A stretch of DNA of 64,000 nucleotides from a virus. Taxonomy: Duplodnaviria > Caudoviricetes. Where the stretch lies: IMG/VR virus record IMGVR_UViG_2880505610_000001, positions 1-64,000 of that record, one strand, 5' to 3'. The notes beneath the pieces are model-generated. The model was not told the DNA's origin. It searched no databases and worked only from the letters and a program-made list of their open reading frames with translations. Below are positions 36,267 to 45,369 of the stretch, piece by piece. Within the stretch, counting starts at the first letter, position 1, and every line of letters starts with the position of its first letter. A program made the translations under genes and the position numbers.

Positions 36267-37892
36267 ATGGCGAAGTTCAACAAGGCCGGTGCCCGCACCG
36301 CCGTATCTACTCCGGTCAAGACCGAGACTGTCGCGTCAGGCCGCACCCATGAGGGCGCTCCCGGTTACGGGCGGGACATCAAGTCGGAACTGTTCCTGCT
36401 CGGTATCTCGAACATGGTCGGCGAGGACACCTTTTATGAGAAGGGTCAGCAGCGGGACCAGAGGTTCGCCGACCTTGTTGTCGCCGCCGGCCGGGAGGAC
36501 CCGGAGTGGACCGCGGGGTTCCTCCGCTGGCTCCGCTCCGAGGGCAACATGCGGTCCGCGCCGCTCGTGGCCGCGGCCGAGCTCGTCCGCGCGAAGCCGG
36601 AGGGCATGCGGACCCGCAAGGTGGTGGACTCGGTGCTGCAGCGTGCCGATGAGCCCAGCGAGATCCTCGCGTACTGGCTGAGCCGGTATGGCAAGCCGAT
36701 CCCGATCGCGCTCAAGCGCGGTGTCGCGGACGCGGTCGTCCGTCTCTACGACGAGCGGTCACTGCTGAAGTACGACTCGGCGGACCGCGCGGTCCGGTTC
36801 GGGGACGTCGTGGACCTGACGCAGCCCGCCTACCACCGGTCGGAGATCCGGGGGACGTGGCGGTACGACCTGCTCGGCCACGCCCTAGACCGCAGGCACG
36901 GCCGCGACAAGCCGCTGCCTGAGAGCCTTCGGCTGCTGCGCGCCCGGGCTTTGCTGATGGCGCTGCCGGTGGGTGAGCGCCGGTCCGTCCTGTCGGACCC
37001 GGCCCGGCTCAAGGCGGCGGGGATGACGTGGGAGGCGCTGGCCGGCTGGCTGCAGGGGCCGATGGACGCCGCGGCGTGGGAGGCCATCATCCCCTCAATG
37101 GGGTACATGGCGCTCCTCCGGAACCTGAGGAACTTCGACGAGGCCGGCGTGTCCGACGAGGCCGCCGAGCGGGTCGCGTCCCGGCTGGCCGACCCGGAGC
37201 ACGTGGCCAGGTCGAGGCAGCTGCCGATGCGGTTCCTGTCGGCGTACCGTGCGGCGCCGTCGCTGCGGTGGGCGCACCCGCTCGACAAGGCCCTGACCGC
37301 GTCCATCGGCAACGTCCCGTCGCTGCGTGGGCGGACGCTGGTCCTGGTGGACACCAGCTCGAGCATGGACGCCGGGTTCTCCAAGGACGGCACGCTCATG
37401 CGGTGGGACGCCGCGGCGCTGTTCGGTGTGGCGTTGGCGCAGCGGTGCGAGTCCGCCGACGTGGTGTCGTTCTCGTCCACGGCCCGGTACTGGGCTGACC
37501 CCGCCGCCGGTGCTCGGACGAAGGTGTTCCCGCTCAAGCGCGGGGAGTCGCTACTGCGGTCGCTGGACCGGTGGAAGGGTGACGGGTTCTTCCTCGGCGG
37601 CGGCACCGAGACCGCCAGCGCGGTGCGCAAGCACCTGGCCGGGCACGACCGGGTGGTGATCCTGACCGACGAGCAGGCGTCGGGTGGCGACGTCGATGCG
37701 GTGGTGCCGGAGCGGACCCCACTGGTGACGTTCAACCTGGCGGGGTATCAGCGTGGCCACGCACCCTCGGGGACGGGCCTGCGGGTGACGATCGGGGGCC
37801 TGTCGGATGCGGGGTTCCGTGTTCTGCCGTTGCTGGAGGCCGGAAGGTCCGCGGACTGGCCATGGGCTATGGAGCGCTATGGAGGGCTGTAG
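36267..37892 (+). CDS. rsr: Ro60/TROVE-domain RNA-binding protein
   Basis: THEGAPGY...ELFLL...DTFYE; MALLRNLRNF; RSRQLPMRFLSAY; vWA DTSSS, GGT, ILTDEQ. Confidence 0.92.
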   Translation: MAKFNKAGARTAVSTPVKTETVASGRTHEGAPGYGRDIKSELFLLGISNMVGEDTFYEKGQQRDQRFADLVVAAGREDPEWTAGFLRWLRSEGNMRSAPLVAAAELVRAKPEGMRTRKVVDSVLQRADEPSEILAYWLSRYGKPIPIALKRGVADAVVRLYDERSLLKYDSADRAVRFGDVVDLTQPAYHRSEIRGTWRYDLLGHALDRRHGRDKPLPESLRLLRARALLMALPVGERRSVLSDPARLKAAGMTWEALAGWLQGPMDAAAWEAIIPSMGYMALLRNLRNFDEAGVSDEAAERVASRLADPEHVARSRQLPMRFLSAYRAAPSLRWAHPLDKALTASIGNVPSLRGRTLVLVDTSSSMDAGFSKDGTLMRWDAAALFGVALAQRCESADVVSFSSTARYWADPAAGARTKVFPLKRGESLLRSLDRWKGDGFFLGGGTETASAVRKHLAGHDRVVILTDEQASGGDVDAVVPERTPLVTFNLAGYQRGHAPSGTGLRVTIGGLSDAGFRVLPLLEAGRSADWPWAMERYGGL

Positions 37893-38002
37893 TCCGGAAC
37901 AGCGCAGGTAACCGGGGGCAAGGTGCCTTATTGGACACACCGTTGACCACTAAAGGTCATGACCTCGACACGTTAGGACGCCCTCTGGGCATGATCGGCA
38001 CC

Positions 38003-38824
38003 ATGCACGACAACACCCCTCCCCCACCCGGCGTCGACACCACCCGCCCCTCCCCCGCACGCATGTACGACTACGCCCTCGGCGGCAAGGACAACTACCA
38101 GGTCGACCGGGAAGCCGGCTCGAAGATCCTCGCAGTCGCACCGGGGATGGCAGAGCTCGCGACCTACAACCGGGCGTGGCTGCGCCGGGTCGTCAGGTAT
38201 CTATGCCAGCAGGGAATCGGCCAGTTCATCGACATCGGGTCGGGCCTGCCGACGGTGGAGAACGTCCACGAGGTAGCGCAACGGCACCGCGCGGGTGCGC
38301 GGGTGGTGTACGTCGACCATGAACCGACCGTTCACGTGCACGCCAGGGCTCTGCTCGACGGCGACGAAGGGACAGAGTTCGTGCTGGCCGACGCACGTGA
38401 CCCTGATGCCGTTCTGAATGCGGATGAGACCACGCGGTTGATCGACTGGTCGGAGCCGACCGGGTTGATCCTGGCGAGTGTGCTGCACTTCTTCGGTGAT
38501 GCCGCCGACCCTGCCGGCACCGCTGCCCGTCTCGCTGAGCGGCTCCCCGCGGGAAGCTTCGTTGCGGTGTCGCACGCCTCGTCGGAGAGGTCGGCGCCTG
38601 AGCTACGCGCCCGCCTGGACGCGGTCTACCGGGGAGCGTCGGAGTACCTGTACCTGCGCCCCCGCGGCGACATCGCGGGCATCGTGGACGCGGTCACGGC
38701 CTCGGTGGGGCGCTGGGAGATGGTGGAGCCTGGGCTCGTGCCGGTGCAGGACTGGCGCCCCGACGAGGACGTTCCTCCGCCGCCGCTGACCATCCTGGGA
38801 GCGATGGTTCGGCGCGTAGCCTAG
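38003..38824 (+). CDS. SAM-dependent methyltransferase (Methyltransf_19 family)
   Basis: DTTRPSPARMYDYALGGKDNYQVDR...QFIDIGSGLPT..NVHEVAQ. Confidence 0.92.
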   Translation: MHDNTPPPPGVDTTRPSPARMYDYALGGKDNYQVDREAGSKILAVAPGMAELATYNRAWLRRVVRYLCQQGIGQFIDIGSGLPTVENVHEVAQRHRAGARVVYVDHEPTVHVHARALLDGDEGTEFVLADARDPDAVLNADETTRLIDWSEPTGLILASVLHFFGDAADPAGTAARLAERLPAGSFVAVSHASSERSAPELRARLDAVYRGASEYLYLRPRGDIAGIVDAVTASVGRWEMVEPGLVPVQDWRPDEDVPPPPLTILGAMVRRVA

Positions 38825-39648
38825 CGGGCTTGGTCGGCGATCTCCGCCAGCAGACGACGCGATTGCGTGCGTGTGAGGGCCGCGGCGAGTAGCTCCTCGA
38901 ATCGGTCGGTGAACGGGGTGACCTCGGCGGGGTCCTCATGCCACGCTTCGCAGCCGGGCCATGCCACGTAGACGGCCTCTGGGTCGATCACGTGGCGGAA
39001 GGTCAGGTGAATGAAAGCGTCCAGCAACGGCGCCGGCGCGGTCAGCGGATAGATCTGCAGCCGGACGTTGTTGAGGCCGGCCAGTTCCAGGAGGTGGTCG
39101 AGCTGGTCGGCGTGGGCTTCGCGCCCGCCGACCTGCTGCCGGAGTGCGCTCTCGGCCACGATCACCCAGTAGATGAGCGGATCCGGCTCGTGGAGCACCT
39201 TCTTTCGTTGGGTGATGATCGCGGCGGCAGCATCGCCTGCCGCCGTCGGATGGAGGGCGCGGGCGTACTCCGGCGTCTGGAGGAGGTCAGGGATGCGGAG
39301 CGGGGAGACTTCGCGGGCGACGACGGCTTCCTGTTCGAGACCGATGAACGTGGCCGCGGTGGAGCTGAGGTGCTTGTGCCGGCTCCACCAGCCGCGGTCG
39401 CGGGCCTGGAGGGCGAATCGGATGAGTTCGTCGCGTCGGGTGCCGGTGACGCCGTAGACGTCGAGGAGGGCCTCGACGAGGTGGACCTTGGGGATTCGCC
39501 AGTCGTTGCGTTCGATGCGGGTGAGGGTGGAGGGCGTCCATCCGAGCTGTTTGGCGACGGCGTCGGCTGTGAGGCTCGTGGTTTCACGGAGGTGGAGGAG
39601 TTCGCGGGCCAGGTGGCGGCGCCGGCCGGTCGGGCTGGTCCTGGGCAT
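38821..39648 (-). CDS. XRE HTH + DUF5753 regulator
   Basis: LARELLHLRE...WTPSTLTRIE; IPDLLQTPEYARA; ESALRQQVGG. Confidence 0.9.
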   Translation of the reverse strand: MPRTSPTGRRRHLARELLHLRETTSLTADAVAKQLGWTPSTLTRIERNDWRIPKVHLVEALLDVYGVTGTRRDELIRFALQARDRGWWSRHKHLSSTAATFIGLEQEAVVAREVSPLRIPDLLQTPEYARALHPTAAGDAAAAIITQRKKVLHEPDPLIYWVIVAESALRQQVGGREAHADQLDHLLELAGLNNVRLQIYPLTAPAPLLDAFIHLTFRHVIDPEAVYVAWPGCEAWHEDPAEVTPFTDRFEELLAAALTRTQSRRLLAEIADQAR

Positions 39649-39906
39649 GCGTGTCCCTTGGGAGCAAAGAGGTTAGTGACTGTCCCCGGCTCTCATGATG
39701 GCGGAGGAATCATTCACAGGACAAGACAAGATTTGAGTCTTGCAGATTCTTCGGCGAGCGTGTCACTCTGACAACCCACTGCAACAACCGCTTCTTGAGA
39801 AGAACAGAGCGAATCGGACACCCCTACCAAGGGCCTGGCTGCATGAGGCCATGCGACTGGACATGGGCCCCCGGCGCCTGCCGTCGGGGACCCACAGCTC
39901 ATCCGG

Positions 39907-40116
39907 CTATCGAAGGTCGTAACGGCCGGTCTTCACTCCGGCGGCAAGATCCCGCCACGCACCGGCCGACATGATCACTGCCCCGATGGTAGGAGCCTTG
40001 CTGTCGCGGACGCCGACCGCGCCGGCGACGGACGCGACCTCCACGCAGTTGTTGCCGCCTCCGGTACTGCGGCGCGACCTCCGCCAGACCGCCTGTGCCA
40101 TGTCGGGCACGCTCAC
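39907..40116 (-). CDS. DUF397 (BldB-like) protein
   Basis: WRRSRRS...NCVEVA...VRDSK. Confidence 0.92.
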   Translation of the reverse strand: MSVPDMAQAVWRRSRRSTGGGNNCVEVASVAGAVGVRDSKAPTIGAVIMSAGAWRDLAAGVKTGRYDLR

Positions 40117-40137
40117 GATGGGCTCCTTACGACTGGA

Positions 40138-40980
40138 CTACTCCCGCGTGCGAGCGGCGAGCCAGTCCGCGGATTCGGCAGGTGACAGCGCCGCTTCACA
40201 CACGCCTGCGAACGCAACCCTAAGCCGTGTGAGCTGGGCTTCACTCTCCGCGTACCACTCTCCCAGGGCTCCCTCGGAGTGGCCGACGTCCAGGCCGTGG
40301 TCGCCGGGGAAGGAGAAGAGGGTGAAGGGCCCTTCGAGCGCGTGGGGGATCGCTGCGGTGAACGGCAGGATCTGGATCGTGACGTTGGGGCGCTCGACTG
40401 CCGCCTGCCACAGCGCAGAGACCTGCTTGCGCATCAGATCGGCGTGCTCTATCTGGAATCGGAGGACGGACTCGCTGATGACGAAGTGGACGTCGGGCGG
40501 GTTCACTCTCTCGAGCACAGCCTGACGGGCGATCCTGGCGGCCACGAGCCGGTCGAGTTCGTTGGCTTCGACTCTCCGAACACCGCGGATCAGAGCGCGG
40601 GCGTAGTCGGGAGTCTGGAGCAGCCCAGGGACGGCCGTGGTCTCGTAACCCCGGATCTCCGGCGCCTGGTCCTCGAGGAGGACGTAGTTGCCAGTGAAGG
40701 CGTCACCGTAGGCGGTCCACCAGCCGCGCTGCCAGGAGTCCTCCAGCAGTTGGAGGATCGCGTCGTGGCGGTCGGAGTCGAGGCCGTACAGCTGCAGGAG
40801 CCCTTGGACGTCTTTGGCGGTGGGGCGGGTGGCGGCGTCCTCAATGCGGGATATTTTGCTCCTGCTCCAGGAGAGTCGGCGTGCTACTTCGGCCTGTCCC
40901 AGGTCGCTCCGCTCTCGGAGTCGGCGGAGTTCGAGGGCGAGGCGACGCCCGCGCAGTGTCGGCGTTTTGACGACGGCCAT
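40138..40980 (-). CDS. XRE HTH + DUF5753 regulator
   Basis: RRLALELRRLRE...WSRSKISRIE; VPGLLQTPDYARA; RIARQAVL. Confidence 0.92.
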   Translation of the reverse strand: MAVVKTPTLRGRRLALELRRLRERSDLGQAEVARRLSWSRSKISRIEDAATRPTAKDVQGLLQLYGLDSDRHDAILQLLEDSWQRGWWTAYGDAFTGNYVLLEDQAPEIRGYETTAVPGLLQTPDYARALIRGVRRVEANELDRLVAARIARQAVLERVNPPDVHFVISESVLRFQIEHADLMRKQVSALWQAAVERPNVTIQILPFTAAIPHALEGPFTLFSFPGDHGLDVGHSEGALGEWYAESEAQLTRLRVAFAGVCEAALSPAESADWLAARTRE

Positions 40981-41042
40981 GTCTCGATCATCTCGTTCCG
41001 GCTGGCGCGTTGCGCAGTATGTCCGCTTACGGTCACGATTTG

Positions 41043-41077
41043 CGTGCACGTCGCATTGCTATCGTGCACGTTGCACG
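41043..41077. promoter_or_regulatory. 20-bp-period operator in divergent promoter
   Basis: CGTGCACGTCGCA (41043) and CGTGCACGTTGCA (41063). Confidence 0.6.
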
Positions 41078-41143
41078 GCATTCTAATGGTGAGGATTTGA
41101 TCAAGTACGTACGGTTAGTCGACGTGGATCGCAGGTGAGGTAG

Positions 41144-41515
41144 TTGAACCTCCTCGGGCACCGTCTCGAACTCTCCACACCGGAGACTGCACCCGACACG
41201 CGCAAGACCGTGCGGGCCCTGGCTGCTGGCATCGTGACCAACCCGGGCAGGCTCGACGACATCGAGCTCATGACCGGGGAGGGCATCGCGAACGCGCTGC
41301 TGCACGGTGAAGGACCGATCGACGTCTCGGTCAGCGTCAACGCGAACCAAGTCTGCGTAGAGATCACGAACCACGCCCGCTCGAACCGGCCGGCGAAGGG
41401 GCATCGTGGCGACCACGGCCGCGGGCTCAGCATCATCGACGCCCTCGCCACATCGTGGCGGCTCGAGCGCGCCGGCGCCGACACGATGCTGAGGTTCGAA
41501 GTGGACGTGGACTAG
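41144..41515 (+). CDS. HATPase_c_2 anti-sigma-like (AbaA-like) protein
   Basis: EGIANALLHG...HGRGLSIIDALATSW. Confidence 0.88.
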   Translation: MNLLGHRLELSTPETAPDTRKTVRALAAGIVTNPGRLDDIELMTGEGIANALLHGEGPIDVSVSVNANQVCVEITNHARSNRPAKGHRGDHGRGLSIIDALATSWRLERAGADTMLRFEVDVD

Positions 41516-41529
41516 ACCGTCTAGACCTG

Positions 41530-41563
41530 GGGTCGCGCCCCGCCCCGCTTCGGGGCGCGACCC
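41530..41563 (+). terminator. hairpin terminator
   Basis: GGGTCGCGCCCCG...CGGGGCGCGACCC. Confidence 0.6.
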
Positions 41564-41793
41564 TGAGGGGGGAGGTTGCGGGTCCGGGGTCGCCATACCG
41601 GTGTGCCTACCGCCCCGGGCCCGCAACCACATTGCTTGGGCGTGCCTCGAGAGGCGCGTCTGGGGGGCGGGTTGACCCGCGTGGTTCCCGGCCCTGACCG
41701 AGTGGTTGTGCCAACGCCCTCGGCTGGGCCGGGACACCTGCCGCGGCAACCCTCGCTCAGCGGCATGTTGTTGCAGGTCATAGCATCATCGGC

Positions 41794-41988
41794 ATGGGTA
41801 AGCAGTGGGTCGGGCCGCGGGGATGGGACGTTGAGCTCATCCTGCTGGACGGCAGGCCGAAGCTGCGGGCACGCCAGTACGGCGTCCTCAGCGACTACTG
41901 CTCGACCATCATCGAGCTGGAGCGGCTACTCCTCCGCGCGGGTCTCACGGTGGCCGACCTGGTGGAGGTCCTCCCCCGCTCTCGTTAG
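41794..41988 (+). CDS. small hypothetical protein
   Basis: 64 aa, WDVELILLDG...YCSTIIEL. Confidence 0.6.
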   Translation: MGKQWVGPRGWDVELILLDGRPKLRARQYGVLSDYCSTIIELERLLLRAGLTVADLVEVLPRSR

Positions 41989-42920
41989 AGCTCCAGTGGC
42001 CGGACTCTGATCCCCTTTGACGCCCACGGCTCGAACTCTGGGTCCTCGGCCAGCCGCTCAAGCCAACGGATCTGATCCGCCAGATAGGTGTGCGACGGGG
42101 ATCCCTCCCCGAACGTGATGATCGGGCCCTGGGTACCGCGTTTGCCGTGCCCGTAGATCATCACCCGGCACGCGTCGTCGATCTCCTCGATCGCGAACGA
42201 GCACGGGAAGTTGAACGTGAAGATCCGGAACGCCTCGTGCCGCCCGGCCGCACGATGCAGCGGCACGAGGATCTCTCTCGTGTACCGTTCCGGGTCCTCC
42301 ATCGTGGCCTCGGCCGGCTCGATCCGGTACCGGTCCCGCCGCGAGCAGCAGCCCGGGTCCATCACGTACACGTGCACCGGGACACCGGCCCCGGCACGTT
42401 CCTCCAGCAGCGGCAGCACCTCACCGCGGACGTAGTAGTTCCGGGAAAGGCCGAACAGGTTGATCCTGTGCCGTGCGCCGGCGAGGCGGTCCCGCAGGTC
42501 CTGCTCGGACTCCTGGCATGTGTAGGGGTAGGCGTCCACGATCCCCGCCCGCTGCAGGTTGGGAACCTCCGCGCCCGTGTGGTCCGTGCCGTACCCGAGC
42601 CGGTCCGGCCGGGTCCGGTACAGCCGGCACAGGTAGTCGATGCGCTCCTCCCCCGGCCTACGCTCACCGAGTTCCCACCGGCACAGCGTCGCCGAGTCGA
42701 GCCCGGGCGGCATGAGCCCGTCCGCCTCATACAGCATGTCGATCCGCCGGGACACCTCGGTCCTCGACCAGCCGTTGGCCAGCCGCCAAGCCTCGAGCGG
42801 AAACACATCCAGCTCTCGCATGATCCGGTCCGCGGTTTCCTCAACGGCCAGGCCGCGGCGGATCCCGTCATATCGGATCTCGTTCGCCTGACGTTCGATT
42901 TCTGCGCGTTTACGCGCCAT
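41985..42920 (-). CDS. XRE HTH + PLD-like (DUF5919-like) regulator
   Basis: AWRLANGWSRTEV...LCRWELGERRP...LG; ARHRINLFGLS...VYVMDP...IDD..V. Confidence 0.75.
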   Translation of the reverse strand: MARKRAEIERQANEIRYDGIRRGLAVEETADRIMRELDVFPLEAWRLANGWSRTEVSRRIDMLYEADGLMPPGLDSATLCRWELGERRPGEERIDYLCRLYRTRPDRLGYGTDHTGAEVPNLQRAGIVDAYPYTCQESEQDLRDRLAGARHRINLFGLSRNYYVRGEVLPLLEERAGAGVPVHVYVMDPGCCSRRDRYRIEPAEATMEDPERYTREILVPLHRAAGRHEAFRIFTFNFPCSFAIEEIDDACRVMIYGHGKRGTQGPIITFGEGSPSHTYLADQIRWLERLAEDPEFEPWASKGIRVRPLEL

Positions 42921-42949
42921 GTCCGCCACCCTCCACCCGATTGCCGCCG

Positions 42950-42970
42950 CACGGCAATCGCATTGCCGTG
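42950..42970. promoter_or_regulatory. inverted-repeat operator
   Basis: CACGGCAAT-CGC-ATTGCCGTG; extra ATTGCC half-sites at 42940 and 42978. Confidence 0.55.
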
Positions 42971-43071
42971 ATCTGTCATTGCCCCCGTTGACGCTGTGCG
43001 ACAACCTCGGAGCGGGTGAGAACAGTGACGCGGAAAGCAGGTAGCTGGGTGAACACTCGGGATAGTAGGCG

Positions 43072-43296
43072 ATGACTGCGGACGAATCACATCCCCCGCA
43101 AGGGCAGAACATCGACGAGATCAAAGCCCGGCTGTGTGAGGAGTTCGGCCCGAGCTGGTCGATCGTCTACAGCAGCAGAGGCCGATGGTGGGCGTTCCGC
43201 GGCCCTATGACGTCTGAGACGTTCAACGAGGTCAGCGATGTCGAGGCTGACTCTCCCGAGGACCTGCGCGCCAAGCTTCTCGAGGTCATGTCCTAG
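43072..43296 (+). CDS. hypothetical protein
   Basis: WSIVYSSRGRWWA...VEADSPEDLRAKL. Confidence 0.7.
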   Translation: MTADESHPPQGQNIDEIKARLCEEFGPSWSIVYSSRGRWWAFRGPMTSETFNEVSDVEADSPEDLRAKLLEVMS

Positions 43297-43374
43297 CCGC
43301 GGTGGCCCGGGCGGAGGCGCGCGGCCGGGGCTGCGATACCACTCCAGGGAGCGCGCCGAGAAGGAGAAGGCCCC

Positions 43375-43950
43375 ATGCTCAAGACCGCACGGCCCGCGCC
43401 TAGCGACGTCGGCCCCGTCGCCGCACGCATCCTCCACACCCTCAGGGACGACCCCGAGTACGGGCGGCTGGTTGACACCTGCGGCAGCTACAACGAGGAC
43501 TGGACCTGCACGGCCGGCACACTCACCATCGACCAGTGGGACATCGCCGACGACGCCGAACCGCTCATCGAGGAGGCGCTGCGGGCTCTGGCGTTGAAGG
43601 CCGCCGTGTACGAGCTCACCGACGACGAGGAGGCCGCGGAGCTACCTATCGCCCGGCCGGTCGACGAGGTCCTGCACGCGGCCCTCGCCCAGCGCACCCT
43701 CACCGAGCGGATGGCGCAGCGCTGCCGGATCCAGATCGTCCACATGACCGACACCGAAACGGCCGGGCCAGCCTACGAGACGGGCGACTACACGACGGCG
43801 TGCTACGCCAAGGCGTGGGGGCAGGAACCACCGGCCCGGTACTGGATCGGCGCCGAAGAGCACGCCCGCCGCGTGAAGGTCCTGGACGCTCGCCTGCAGG
43901 AGATCGGGATCCGCGACCTCGGGCACCGGCACGCCATCACCTTCAACTAG
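43375..43950 (+). CDS. hypothetical protein (GRDP/DUF1399-like pattern)
   Basis: P...VDEVLH...H...T...Y...WG.EPP..YW. Confidence 0.65.
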   Translation: MLKTARPAPSDVGPVAARILHTLRDDPEYGRLVDTCGSYNEDWTCTAGTLTIDQWDIADDAEPLIEEALRALALKAAVYELTDDEEAAELPIARPVDEVLHAALAQRTLTERMAQRCRIQIVHMTDTETAGPAYETGDYTTACYAKAWGQEPPARYWIGAEEHARRVKVLDARLQEIGIRDLGHRHAITFN

Positions 43951-44441
43951 CCGCGGGCAGCGCGGCCGAGTTCCGTCGAGAGAACCCGGCGGAGCGCGTT
44001 CACGATCTCCTCGCCGGTGAACCGCTGCGCGGCGATGGCCTCCGCCTGCTCCAGGGCGGAGGCCATCGCATGATGCGGGGCAGCGCGGAGCACCGCGATG
44101 ACCCAGCCCTCCAGGTCGGCCACCGACTCGGGCAGCTCGAGCTGGTCCGCGGACGGGTAGAAGACGGCGGCGCCGGTAGCACCTACCGGCTGACGGTCGC
44201 TGGCGTACAGGCCCGGCTCGAGCCCGACCCGGAACGGGTGCACACACACTGGCGCCCCGGTGGCCTGGTCCACCCGGCAGCCGGCAGCGCGGTCGAAGGT
44301 GTACCGGGGGGCGGGCCTGTCGACGACATCGAACTCACCCGGGCCCCGGCGCTGGGCAGGGCAGATAACGCAGCAGTCAGCAACCCACTCCGGTTTCGGT
44401 CCCACAGGTCGAGCATGCCAGGCGGCTTTGTTTCCAGGCAC
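43947..44441 (-). CDS. hypothetical protein
   Basis: ORF convergent with previous; Cys-containing N-terminus. Confidence 0.55.
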   Translation of the reverse strand: MPGNKAAWHARPVGPKPEWVADCCVICPAQRRGPGEFDVVDRPAPRYTFDRAAGCRVDQATGAPVCVHPFRVGLEPGLYASDRQPVGATGAAVFYPSADQLELPESVADLEGWVIAVLRAAPHHAMASALEQAEAIAAQRFTGEEIVNALRRVLSTELGRAARG

Positions 44442-44512
44442 GACGAAACGCCCCCGCCCACCCGAAGGTGAGCGAGGGCGTTCAGGCGCCAGGGCCCGTT
44501 CAGGGCTCCAGG

Positions 44513-44869
44513 CTACGCCGGGGGCGGCGTCGCCCGCGTGCCGACGACCGGCGCCGGGCTGACGTTCTGTCGCAGCAGCAGCGCCAGCACGATGCTCAGC
44601 GCCGTCACTGTCGCACCGATCTGCTCCGTGCTCAGTTCCAGCCCGAACGCGGCCACGGCCGCGAGGACGGTGGCCGCCGCGCCCGTGATGGTCGACACCA
44701 CCACCGGCCGGGTCATCGCCGCCGCGACGGCCGCCAGGATCGCCGTGTTGATGACGCTGACCGCGCTCACCTGGTCCTGGGACAGGTCCAGCCCGTAGGC
44801 CACCAGCAGCGCTACGGCCGCGTTCACCGCGTAGGCGATGACGGCCGGCTCGTAACCGAAGATCTTCAT
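44513..44869 (-). CDS. holin-like membrane protein
   Basis: MKIFGYEPA, internally duplicated TM pairs, RQNVSP end. Confidence 0.8.
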   Translation of the reverse strand: MKIFGYEPAVIAYAVNAAVALLVAYGLDLSQDQVSAVSVINTAILAAVAAAMTRPVVVSTITGAAATVLAAVAAFGLELSTEQIGATVTALSIVLALLLRQNVSPAPVVGTRATPPPA

Positions 44870-45086
44870 GAGTGACCTCCTCGGGTCACGGGCCTTTCCC
44901 TGGTCCGGGAAAAGCCTGGTCAGGGGCAACGATCAACTCAGAGTTGATCGTTGGGTTCTGTCGACTTGCTCCAAGTTGCTCCAACCTCTTGGAGCAACTG
45001 GGGCGTTGCTGCAGGTAGCGAGGCTGGTTTCGTCGCGGGTTACTCACGGCCCAGCAGGACGTGCGGCTTCCGCGCACGGGCATGGG

Positions 45087-45287
45087 TCAGCGGGACCCGC
45101 TCAGAGCCTCCACAGCGAGGTCTACTGCCTCACCCAGATGATCGATCGCCTTGTCCCGCTCGGGACCGGCGGGAAGAGTGATCAGCCAGTGCTCCGCCAC
45201 TGCAAGGCCTACGCCTCGAACGTGACGGACCGGCTGCGCGTCATCCGCGAGCGCAGCGAACCTGCGGAGAATGTCGTCGAGAGAGAT
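45087..45287 (-). pseudogene. degenerate Acb2/Tad1-like helical hairpin ORF
   Basis: LDDILRRF...VR...LPAGPERDKAIDHLGEAVDLAVEAL; no canonical in-frame start after endolysin (ATC at 45287). Confidence 0.4.
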
Positions 45288-45369
45288 TGGTGGCCTGCTT
45301 TCGGCCGAGGCCGACCAGCGGCCACGAAAACCGGGAGGTCCTCCAACGTACCCGCCCGCGCCGACACTC

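Noticed and set aside
37893-37975. Third Y RNA downstream of TROVE gene
   Set aside because: No convincing CCCGA/TCGGG terminal stem or conserved internal loop
38003-38824. DNA methyltransferase protecting against the HNH nuclease
   Set aside because: Motifs match the Methyltransf_19 family, not DNA methyltransferases
41794-41988. Transposase or IS element
   Set aside because: Only 64 aa, no DDE or HUH motif, no terminal inverted repeats seen
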